Shown here in pieces: positions 24,596-36,420 of a stretch of 64,000 bases of DNA. The notes beneath the pieces were generated by a model. That model made no database searches. It was not told the origin of the DNA and saw only the letters and a program-made list of their open reading frames with translations. Within the stretch, counting starts at the first letter, position 1, and each line of letters starts with the position of its first letter. Location of the stretch: NCBI RefSeq assembly GCF_031769215.1, contig NW_026782152.1, positions 434,001 to 498,000 on the forward strand. Reading direction: 5' to 3'. Position numbers and translations under genes: made by a program. Origin of the DNA: Ylistrum balloti. Its lineage: Eukaryota.

Positions 24596-27500
24596 CTATA
24601 CAGGTGTACTTCGTCCTGACTCTGCTCCATTACCTGCAGCAGAAATTCATACGAACAAATTAGGTCAAATATATTTGCTGTCTCACATCTGCCATTAATA
24701 TAAATACATTTATATATTAGCAAATATATTAGATAAACTACTGTATGCACCAATTATATGAAGCATTGCTTTTTAAGAGTCATCCAGCCTACTTTCATTT
24801 CAAGAGCTTGATAAAAAGGCCTACTTTCATTTCAAGAGCTTGATAAAAAGGCCTACTTTCATTTCAAGAGCTTGATAAAAAGACCTACTTTTTTAGGAGT
24901 TTGATAAAAAGGATAAATTTTGAAAGCATATCTATAAATAATTTTATGTAGACTCTTCTATCTGCACCAATAGGTAGCAAACTGAAAATATTTTATTTTC
25001 TTTGTGTAAAACAAATCTATTAATTCATAACCTAATGATGATGCTCGATATTTCTGACACTTACCTATTTTGACTTTATCGATAGGTCCCCAAATTCGAA
25101 CAGTGCCATCATCTGAAGCACTCGCTATGATCCCAGGCACTTTGGGGTTCCAATGAACACAATTAACAGTTCTTGTATGACCTTCTAACACTGCTATAGG
25201 TACTTCTCTTCGTAAATGCCATATATATACTTTATGATCTGTAAAAAGATGAAACGCAGCATTTTAAGGTACATAGGAATGTAACTTCAGAGAGTAACAA
25301 GACGAGTAGTGCCAGCAATTAATTGTCCCCGCCTCCAAACAAACTGGTAAGTAACTGAAGTAAGAGTCATGCCTCCTTTTACAGCTGAATGTGTTACACA
25401 GTTAATACTTCATCCGGCACAAATTCTACCCTTCCAGATTTTTCTAAACATGATTTGGCAATTTTAGGTTGCTATAGGTTAAAAGATGCAATACAATTTA
25501 AAGAATTGTGAAAAATGCACATATTGGACAGTACTGTTGAAAAGGATGCAACACTTTACCATCCACATAGGTTCTTACTTATGTAACTAAATGATCAACT
25601 TTTGCAAATGTAGGTACACTATACAAGATATATCACTAGAAAAGTGACCAATGGACAACACATGGACTGTAACTCTATCACTTCTAAAGTGTCAATCCTG
25701 TGAAAGAGGTGTATAAATGCATGATCTGAGATGAGACATTCTCATACACAAAACTTTTTAATGAACTTGAAAATTTATTTATCATTTATAAAAACAAGTC
25801 TTAAAGAAATGATACACAGTGAACCAAGGTTGATAACTCTAGAAAGACAGAGACTGGAGATCTAATGTTGGTATGCAACCCTCCACTACAAAAGGTCCCA
25901 AATACAAAACTTTATAGTATTTGGCTACAAAATAGATGAAATATGCCACTGATAAAATGATTTGTTTACTAATCTGACTATATCATTGAACACTGATAGT
26001 CTCTATTACAGTTCTAGATAAGGAACTAACATTCTTAGTATTTTACAATTAGTGACCTTCAAAACACTTTTCCAATAATATGTTTAACTAAACTTTGATA
26101 TTTACATTTAAGTTGAAATGTTACTTCATTAATTTAGTTACCATGCAACAAAACATCAGTATTTTGTGCAACTTGTGTTCTTTGTGGTGCAAACTTATTA
26201 CCTTCACTTCCACTGGCAATAAAGTCCTGGTTGAGACCTCCAAAGCATGAGTGTATTGTGTAAAATCCTTGTGTAACGCCTTGAAATTTTCTAACTAAGC
26301 ACCTATCTTTTAAATCCCATAAATGTACTCCCTGAAATCGAAAAATTGTGTTTTAAACATAGAATCAATTAAACAGCATATATCATTCAAGTATAGATAT
26401 TTTTTAGATGTCTTTTTGTTTCACATAATGTGGAATGTCAACAATAACTATGGGTCATATATACCCCCAGATACAGGAATATCATCCCAGAGTAATGTGT
26501 TTCTATTATATGGATGCAGATCATGGCAACTCAGAAAGAAGTGTTATCCTACCAGTAATTCAATTTGTTCCATTGATTTGAATAGAACTCAACTTTTATC
26601 CATTAGATATATTACAAACTAACTCAAAGAGAAGTGGTATCCTACCATGAACGACTACCTTATCCATGAGACAAAACAAATTACCTGAGTCGCAACATTC
26701 AATAATGCTAATCTCCCGGTTTCATTTAGTGTGAAAGACATGACGGGATGATCCTCCTGAATTCTAAAACATAATGAGACCAGGTTTAGTATAAATAGGG
26801 ATCTTTTGTTATTCACATCATTCTCAACCATCACAATGTTCAAACTTCTAGAATAGATGTTTCAAATCATTTACACTAGATGCAATCTCGACTTCAGCTT
26901 TTATCATTGTGTAAGTCATTAATGTATCATTTTTAGTGTATTACATGATGCTATTTATTCAGACAGATCATAGGCCTTCTGTTGATAAACCACAGCCTTC
27001 TTTAACATTCTGAAAGTAAAAGACAAGGGAATGATAAATGTATACTGACATGTTGTAGTCTGTTAATTCATCAAAATTGTAGCCTCGTATTCTGTGGTGG
27101 GTGTCAGCTGCCAGGACACTCTTGCCATCATTTTGACAAGCCATACACTGGACCCTCACACCCTCCCAGGAGTCCAACATGTTCCCGTCAAGGTCCTATC
27201 ACACACAATATCACCAACATATTTGGAAATTGATAAATAATGTTTGATAATTAAGTATAATTTTGATTGAGGTACTTTTGCCACAAAACTGGAGTCTCTA
27301 TCTCTTCTTGGATTAAAAATGAACACCTATCATGTAAATTTTATCAAAGGCAAATGGAGAAGAACATAAAGTACTTCTTTTTTCATAGATTAAATTGTAA
27401 AATGTATACCTTCCTTCATCAAAAGATAAATCTGTCTACAAATTTCGGAGTCTATATAAAAAGGTGCGTGGTATTTCTTTGATATTTTCACTAGCCAAAC

Positions 27501-30500
27501 TCTTTCAATAATTGTGGTGAGAAATCAAAATATAGGTCAGTCACCTACTTTTCAAAAGTTTCAATTAACCATCAGAGGATGTTCTTGCATTCCAAACAAA
27601 ATATCAAATGGAAGGGGATACTTTGTTTCAAAGTTTGCAAAGAATGAGGTTAAAGAGTAAAACATTCTTAACAATCGCTAATTTTACAGACATTACATTC
27701 TATCATCATGAGATGGGACCTGCAGGTCTTATTTTATTCACCAAAATGAAAATGAGATGCAGGATATATTCCAAATGTTTACAAAGAAAAATGTCTAAGA
27801 TTAAAGCGTTCATGAAAGTACAATGAACACTACCATCCCAACATGTAATTACACAACAAGATTTGTGAAATGATAAAAAGAAATGCATCCATACATAGTC
27901 CTTTCTAATAATGTGCAAGCATATAAAATTTAGTATTCAAATAAATTTTGAACCTCTTCGTTAAAAAGCATAAGAACATCTTATGACCAGAACAAATGTT
28001 TCCAATTGGAAAGATCCACATTTGTGGTCCACAGCACTCCACCACACAAGATCTGCCTACGTATGAAACTGATATCTACCCCCTGATGAATTTGTCCAAA
28101 CACAGCAGATGAATTTGACTTACACATTGATAGAACTGTCCCCTGGTTCCTCCAGTAACAAACTTTTTGCCATCTGGTTGCCAGGCAGCTGTAGTTAAAC
28201 TATCCTCTGGAGACTGGCTCATTTTTACTCTCAAGTCCCCAGTCTATAATAAAGGAAGAGAAAATTCAGTACTTCCACAGGACACGATAAACAAACCCTC
28301 TCAGTGAGTTTCATCAATCTTTTTAAGAACTGATGACATAAATAATGTCTTCAAAACATATTTCCAGTTTCTGAAACACTATATTATAAAAGCTGAATCA
28401 GTAGGAATACTCTTAGGTATGTTTTTCCATATATAAACTTACATCATCTTCTTTGCTGAAAAATCCTTATGAGAAACGAACTTTTTCAGGAATAGATCAT
28501 TTATTAACTTTGTATCTTATCATTAAGTCACTTGAGTTATATGTTATAAACAGACTGTATAGCACTTTTGCTCATTGGTATCCATTATAATCATCAGTAC
28601 ATTAGTACAATAAAAAGACTATTTCAAAAATTATCATTATCATCATATATCTTCAATTGGAAATAACATTTAATTATTCTGGCTTATTCAATTTTAACCA
28701 CATTTTCTTTTAAATATTCTCTTTGGTTTTTGTTTAAACATATTTTTATTGTCATCAAACAACCGTGATTAGGCTCAAGTTATAACAACTTAGTGACGCC
28801 TTCTCTTTGGTTTGGCAATGTCAGAAGAAAAGAAGCTAATCGCTTCACTCTGTCCTTTTTCTGATTAAGGTAACAGTGTTGTTATCGAAACATCACACTT
28901 CAATCTTCTACTGTTTGTGTTATAAGCACTTCTTTTCTATTATACACAGCTTAATACCACAGTACCTCTGCATTCCACAGCCAGAGATCAGAACAGTCAT
29001 CTGGACCACATGCTATAATGTGTGTGCCATCAGGACTCCAGGCAATATATGACACTCCATAGGAATGACTATCTAGGCTCTTAACCCGTGTCAACTCATA
29101 GGTTGCCTAGAATAGGTTAAAAAATCTATATAAATCATAACTCATGTAATTATGTTTAACATGTTATAACAAAATCTATATTAATTTATTGTGTTCTTTG
29201 CCTAAGACAGGTCATCTTCAAATACATCTTCAATAAGTAAAATGTTAATGCATATAGAGAATTTTGTATGTGTTTCCATTCAAGTGAGATTTATGTAGGA
29301 TGACGACATGTATCTCGTGTAATAAAAAATTTAACAGGGAGTGCACGATTATCAAATTAAAATATTTGAATACTTTAAAATAAAATACTGATGACAAAAT
29401 TACCATGTCAAGTTCCCAGATGATTAGTGAGCCATCTTTAGATCCTGTAGCAAGCTTTGTACCATCAGGAGAAAAGCGGCAGAACCAAACTTCATCACAG
29501 TGTTCATTAAGAATCTGGATGGTGGTGGACGGGAACTGCTCTCTATAAATATTATCAATAAAATCCATTCAAATATCTTACAACAAAAAAAAAAACCATG
29601 CAATCTAAAATGGATCAGAACTAGAAAATACCTTCAAGATGTGAATGTCCCTACAAATGAATATCAGTGTATGACAAATTTTATAAAGAGTAAAAGTGAC
29701 CTTACTTTTGACCTGAAAATAGTGTAACCCTATAAAATGAAATCAGTATAGGTATTGTTGTAGTAAATTACAAAAGAAAAAATGATGTCAGACAGGACAC
29801 TAAATGATGGGTAAGGATTACATCACTTATGATAAATCTCTATAAAATGGTGAAAGCATAAACACATCTGTTTATATATCTGTCTTGTGTAAAACAAAAG
29901 GCATCTTGAATATGATAAGGTATGCAAAGAAATTTTCATTGCAGTTTAACTTTTGCCTGTTTTGCTCTTTGGCCAGAGTTTTGTTTAAGCTGAAATAAAG
30001 GATTGTTATGTATTTCAAGGGCAAATTTAACACTGGGACAAATGTTTGTCCTTGTATAGTGATAGGATGAATGCTTGGCCTTGTACAGTAATTATTTCAA
30101 ATTTCTTTTTTCACAGCAATGCTTTTGTTTGGGTGTTTCTACATACCTGCTACAGACATGGTCTATGAGAAGGGAGACAGCATCAAGGTTGCTGTCAAAT
30201 TTTGTGTTGTGATATGGACATTTGTCCTTCTGCATCTCAACAGCTTGATTAAGTAATGTTAGCAACCGACGAGGAGGAAGCATAACAGTTGGTGGCAAGA
30301 AAGCTGTAAAAACATCAAGGAGTAATTAAATGCTTAAATCTTCAGAAAATTTCAGAAAGGTACAATTTACAGTTTCATGACATTCTCTTCAAAACCTACA
30401 AATACAATTCAATGATTTCAGAGTATCAATCTACACTCTGTGGGATAACAGGATAACGTTGTAAATGAAGGATGCATATTTCTGATATCATGTTAGCGAT

Positions 30501-33500
30501 AGAAACAATTTATCAGAAAATACATCCCAGAAATCGCCAATGGTTAATGTACTCATTACTGTGACAATAAAAGACAAAAGCTCAAGAACCAATTTCATAA
30601 ATGGCAATGTTAAAAGATTTACCCATATTTTGCCATTGTTGGAGTTCAGATTAAAATCTGAAGATATTGACATTTTTCTTTACTGCTTTCCGATGGTAAG
30701 TTAAGTAATTCTGTTTATGTTTAGGGACCCTTGTAAAAACAGTTCTACAATAGTTTTCAGAGTGATTTCACAAATGACAAGAAACATAAACATTGACCGG
30801 CAAGAAAAATAAATTCTCTGACATCTAAGATTGTTATGGCAAAACAGTATAAAACTCTTGACAGTTATCTGATACATCATTTCCAATTAAATTCAAAGTT
30901 ACTGTTTTGTGTCATCAGGAAAAACTAACTTGGCTTAAATACACATACTGACTGACCATTAGATAAGGTACACTTTTAACCTGCACTGATACATACACTG
31001 AAGCTTTTCCACAAGTTTGGTCCGCGACTCTGTACCTCTCCCTTGCCACTCCGCTGTTTCTCGTAAATCTTCAGGGTTACAACACATCATGTACCTAAAA
31101 TAAAAAACATACAACTACAAATTAGTAAGATAATCAAATTATTTGTGAAATCTTCTATAGCCTAATCAATGTTCTTGGTTTTAAGAAGACAACAGATTAT
31201 TTTGTTTACACACCCTGACAATACGTGGACCCTTTCTGTGTTGAATTTAAGTGGAGTAAGCTCATGCCGTAGACAATGTAAAGCATCCATCTCCCTTCCA
31301 TCTTCCAACAGCTCCAGATACTTTTGTTCAAGTAAAAGGAACTTCATTTTCTATAAGTAGAAACATTGTTTGATAATCATACAATCATGTCAACGAGCTT
31401 CACTCAGTCTATATTACCATATGTACCATATTAGTTACATGTGATACAATTGTCATTGATTGAGCAAGAGATTCTCACATAACATGCTTATGTTATTGAT
31501 AAGTCAGCAGAAACATGCATCTTATAAACAAACCTTAATTTGTTAGCAATTTCATAACCAGATAATATATGAAATAATTGAAGACATGTTTTCCCTATCT
31601 GGATTATCACCATCCTTCTAACACTTACAGAAATCCCTTGTGGACTATCAATCAGAGTTTTGAGTTCTTCCAGGTTTAGTTCTGCCTGTAACAAAGACAT
31701 GGAAAATATATTAAACTCTTAAATTTTAAGCATACAACATGCCAACCACTTAAACATCTGTCATAATGTACTTGAACTGGTCACCTTGATGTTCTTTATT
31801 AAATTAGTTATAGTGATGTACTAGATGTCACAATGTACTGGTTACCATGATGTACTGGTTGTCATGATGTACTGGTTATCATGACATACAGGTTACTGTG
31901 ATATACCAGTTCATGTTCCCATTGTCACAATGTACTGGTTATTGTGACAGACCACTTCATAATTCAGTTGTCACAATGTACTGGTAATCCTGATTTACTG
32001 GTTGTCATGATATACAGGTAATGTATCAGTTCATGGTCCAAATTGTAATAATATCCTGGTTGTTGTGATGGACCACTTCATGGTTCTGTTGTCATGATGT
32101 TGTGATGTACAAGTCATCTTAACGTACTTTATGTAGTTATAATATAAGGTGAGTAACAGTTGTCATTATGTGTATTATCGTTATATACCAGTTGTTATTA
32201 ATACACTTGCTATCCTGGTGTTCCAGTTATAATATGCTGTACCAATTGTCAAGGTACTCTAAAATTAATGCACTGATTGTCATGATGTAATAAGTTATTG
32301 TGACAAACATCAATATGCCTATTGTCATGGTGTGTCAGTTATTAAAATGTGCACCTAATGCCAAGGTGTTTAAAAATCAATATTACTGGCACCATGATGA
32401 TCAATGAATCAATCATTAATTTGAATAACGTATTATTGAACATATTATCCTGTTATATCCTTTTCTATATTAGACAGTACTGCATACCTTCGCCCATTCT
32501 CCATTCATTACATGTGAACGAAGTTTGGCAGCAGCCGGATGCTCCAACATACATCCCGATTCAGAAATAAGTTGTTCAGCAGTTTGACTGAAAAGGCAAA
32601 CAGGATTTTTATATTTCAATCAAAAAATTGAAATGATAGAGTCTTCATTATCATTAGATCTATTTAAATATCCATACATTGATTACAAATCTAGAAGTTG
32701 AAAAAAACCAAATGTATCTGTAATATATGTAACGGCAAATGTGCCATTTTACTACATTATATCCTTTGGATGCAATCACTGAATTGATATGCTATTTTCA
32801 TATTGAAATTAAGCAAATCTAATTATAAACTTAGATGTCATAATATATTGCCAATACCATAGCATGACTAATAATTTCAAACACTATCATTTTTCTTTAA
32901 TTAAATTAACTTTTATGTAATCATGTATTTTTTATTCAGTCAAGGTATGTATATAAATATATTCAAAACCAAAAACATATCCAACAATAACGGTATCTTT
33001 GATGATCAACAGGTGATATTTTTCACTTAATCATCAAGTAAGATGTAATGCCTCTATCCACGCATGACATTCACTAATGTACACAAAGAAATCAGCTGAT
33101 CCATCAACACTTTTTTTTTGTTTACATCCCTAATTCCTCATCAGAATTTTCGATTCGCCATGGAATAATTTAATTTCAAAACACTTCAACGCGGTTTTAA
33201 GCAGACTGGCATTCTGATTTTGTAGCAATATTCTGCATATCCTGTTTAGGCCGTTAGTAAACAAAGCAATTTAGACAGACGGCTTTTACGCAGCCGTCTA
33301 AATACTGAACAGCTCCTTACTTTAAACCAAGTCCTCTCAAATGCTGTACAATCAATCGGACGATATCTTGGTCAGTTTGTGACATTGATTTGGGAGGTAC
33401 AGGTTTATCTAATTCCCCGTTTGTGAGAGAGGAACACGTTCCATTTTGCTGGGAAGTTGTTGCTATCTCAGTCGCTCCATTGTGCTGGGGGCAGCCATTA

Positions 33501-33508
33501 GCCTGCAT
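24596..33508 (-). CDS. WDR26: WD repeat-containing protein 26 (CTLH/GID E3 ligase subunit, Gid7 homolog), 567 aa from the first in-frame AUG, complete
   Basis: 14 coding exons (minus): 33508-33321, 32587-32488, 31685-31629, 31350-31214, 31094-30997, 30303-30147, 29542-29404, 29106-28966, 28243-28124, 27195-27050, 26763-26685, 26331-26202, 25238-25065, 24633-24596. 1704 nt, all GT-AG, in frame. LisH/CTLH region ([20 protein letters not shown]...[12 protein letters not shown]) and WD40 repeats ([23 protein letters not shown]; [13 protein letters not shown]...[11 protein letters not shown]). Confidence 0.98.
24788..24912. repeat. 32-bp tandem repeat, about 3.9 copies, last WDR26 intron
   Basis: cctactttcatttcaagagcttgataaaaagg at 24788, 24820, 24852, and degenerate at 24884. 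Confidence 0.95.
28842..28940 (+). ncRNA. Degenerate hammerhead-ribozyme-like motif, copy A (antisense in WDR26 intron 8; probable Penelope-like/retrozyme relic)
   Basis: CTGATTA-A-[GGTAACA gtgt TGTTATC]-GAAA-CATC at 28861-28894. About 100 bp is homologous to 59498-59597. Core G8 is mutated to T. Confidence 0.5.
31820..32350. repeat. Degenerate ~17-bp minisatellite in WDR26 intron 2
   Basis: Many variants of tgtactggttgtcatga (e.g. 31850-31885, 31930-32030). Confidence 0.75.
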
Positions 33509-33586
33509 GTTAGTGGCAGAAAATCGCTGCTTTTTCCGCGGTGGGGGCGAAACTCCACCGTCTTCTGAACCTGACGAGGATGCCAG
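33509..33586 (-). CDS. WDR26: Predicted CUG-initiated 26-aa N-terminal extension of WDR26
   Basis: In frame with the AUG at 33508 and open back to a TAA at 33607-33605, with no AUG. CTG at 33586-33584 has context gacATACTGG (A at -3, G at +4). Encodes (M)ASSSGSEDGGVSPPPRKKQRFSATN. Confidence 0.7.
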
Positions 33587-33635
33587 TATGTCTCGAATGA
33601 GTTCTTATGTGAATATTGTTGATTAAACCCATGCA

Positions 33636-33718
33636 AAATGGCCCACGACTGATCAAAACATAGGTCCTCTCTCACTTCACTTCGACGGTGACCAAATTTG
33701 TTTTGCTTGATGACGTCA
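33636..33718. promoter_or_regulatory. WDR26 core promoter motifs: full CRE palindrome and YY1-like site
   Basis: TGACGTCA at 33711-33718; aaaatggc at 33636-33643; CpG-enriched segment just upstream of exon 1. Confidence 0.5.
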
Positions 33719-34489
33719 CGGATTTGTGAATGATGGGAAATTTTTCTAATTTCGGCAACCCGGGAAATATAACTTGTTGCACAGTTGTCATAAATTTTAA
33801 CAAGAATCAATATTTCATCACAGACTTACAAATTCTCACATTTTATAAACTTCATCCCGAAGTAAATCATTTTGCTATGGTTTTGGTATAAAGACAACAC
33901 AGTCTGTGATATGGTCTCTTACATGTATGTAAAACTACGTGTACCAGGATGTACCATAAAGTCAAAATGCTTGTTAATATTTTGTTTCCGCCTGAATTAT
34001 TAAATTTTCCTATTCAGTTTTCCTTACAAATTCTTGAATATTGCAGACACAGAGGCCATGTGGGATGTATATGCAACGTTATTGAATTACGGGCCTAAAA
34101 TTTTATAATCCTTTTACTGAATAACATTTGATTTTCCTCGATCGCCTGTATGATGTAATTTCTGAATTCATCAGTATTCTGACTAACTATCAGAGATTCA
34201 ATTTTCGTCTTGGTCGATCTACGACCATGACAAAAATATGGAATTGCAGATAGACAGAATATTTGTCATAACCATTAGAAGTATGTTTGACTCAAACTAT
34301 ATCTAGTTTTTGTATTGAATGGAATCGCGAATTCGCCTGTGTTTGGTACGATCTTTAAATATGAGTCGCTTCATGCTTAATAAATAACGATTACACTATA
34401 CAAGTGTAAGTTAAATGGATGTACTTTACGCATGTTTTCAAAACCTTATAAAATCTAACTACAATAGTTATCCACTTTTTTTTTCATTT

Positions 34490-34680
34490 TTTCCGTTCGT
34501 CCGTCCGTCTTCAGTCCATTTCATGTCTTGCCTTCGCTGTGTCTTGAAAAGAACCAAATGCATCGTACACATATCTTATGTGTTGCTTTCAATTGGTCAC
34601 CAGTGGTGCCATTTTGATTCTGGAAATTATCGGACTTGAAAACAATGACGACCAACAGGCTGCCATCTTGGATTTTGACT
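34490..34680 (+). mobile_element. Degenerate HINE-like fragment
   Basis: ccgttcgtccgtccgtc tract followed by ggtgccattttg and ggctgccatcttggatt motifs typical of these repeats. Confidence 0.45.
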
Positions 34681-35929
34681 TTGAAAGTGCTGGATGGTTC
34701 TTGCTCAAATCAAATAGATATATTCATATATACAATGTAGTAAGACAAAAAAGGAATAAGAACCGAGAGTAACGAAAGGAATCTAATATCAGAGACATAT
34801 ATAACACGTGATATATACGTCTCTGCTAATATACAATAAAATATACCAAATATATACTTTTCATATCATTTTCATTTCTTTCCTTTGTATTTGCTATATG
34901 TTTAGATAACAGTATTTTTGCAGGTGTGTAAAGTTCATCTGGAAGTGGCTTGCTCACCTGTCAAAAGCTAACCGTGACCTTTACATATTTATTACTGCAG
35001 TAAGTGGAGGAGAATCTAACAGCAATATCATAACATTCATATTCAGTCGTCAAAAATCAGAAACTATAAAGTGCTTAAAAATCAAAAGCAAGTTCTCATT
35101 CCAAATGGAACTTAATGGTGCGGATTCTGGAATTTGAGGAGATGCAGATTTTTGTGTAACCGAAAAATAACTCCCTTCCCATTTCTGCGTGTATTGAAGT
35201 GTAGAGTACGTGACTTGTACCCCTGACCATATATTTCCTAACGAAGCACCCGATTTCATTCACACTTACGCATGAATACGTCAAGAATTAGTAGAAAACC
35301 ATTGTAATCTTAGTTATAAAGGTTATTGTGTGATTTGACAATGTCTCCCAGCTCGGATAATTTTGAAACCGATATGAGATGTGAAACAGCACCGTCAATG
35401 TCGGGGAAATATTATATGACCATATGTCATACCCTTACGTAAGGGTGATACTGTGATTCTATTGGCAACAACCAGAACTTTAGGCAAATCGTACAGTAAA
35501 CGAGGTCAAAGGTAGAAAGCTTAGGTCAAGGGGTCAATACTCAGGTAGTATATATATATATAGTGACTAAAGACTCCATTGGTACTGAAATCATGTCTAA
35601 ATACGTTATACATACATGTCCCTTAACACATTTTGCACACCTTTACTTAATCTTCTCGTCGCATGTTGTTTTCCCTGTTGTAAAGAATTGAGAGAGAATA
35701 AATGAGACTTGTTCAATATTCTAATAATCAACGAACCATGCAGACTGACTGAAAATACCATGACTGTTTTTCTCTTGTCAAAGCTGTCGCCAGTGTTGAG
35801 GCCATGGGTTCAACACATGGACTGGTCATCATATGAACTACATGCATGTCGCAGGCGCGAGCCTTTGAACTCGGCTGTCTAAGTGGGTTGTCCGTCCGGA
35901 ATATTTGGTATTTGGATAGGCAGTCATTA

Positions 35930-36420
35930 TCCTAGTCAACGTTCAAGATCAAAGGGATGAAATGTTTTAAAATCTTCCAAAGACCTATTCTCAATAATCG
36001 AACATTACTGGGTCATGATATTTGACAATAAGCATGCTGATTTAGAGCTTTCAAGTTTGTACACAGCAATGTGCATGGTTCAGTTTCTGAGTCAACACAA
36101 GTCAAATGTGTCAGAATCATCAAAACACCCAGGTTAATAATATTCGACCATGAGCATGCGCAGGTAAAGAGCTTTCAAGTTTGTTCAGATTAATGACCTT
36201 GGCCCACTTCAAAGTCAACAAGAGTGAACTGTGCTAAAATCATCATGCAACCACTTTTTAATATCCAAAAAGCGTCAGGTTGTAACATCTGGTCAGTAGC
36301 ATACTTGGATGAGGGGCTATCACGTTTGTTCAGATGAGAGACCTTGATCCACATTTAAGGTCAGAGGGGACAAATGAGTCAAATTCTCAAAACAACTTTT
36401 GAATGACCACGAGACCTTGA
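35930..36420 (+). repeat. Highly diverged copies of the same ~145-bp HINE satellite unit
   Basis: Recurrent aagtttgttca-atgaccttg...aggtca..gggg.caaat..gt...aat motifs homologous to the 16.8-18.0 kb array. Confidence 0.7.

Noticed and set aside
33463-33810. 115-aa minus ORF and 78-aa plus ORF (33390-33626) at the WDR26 5' end
   Set aside because: Alternative-frame or antisense by-products of the GC-rich first exon and promoter; no recognisable protein features.
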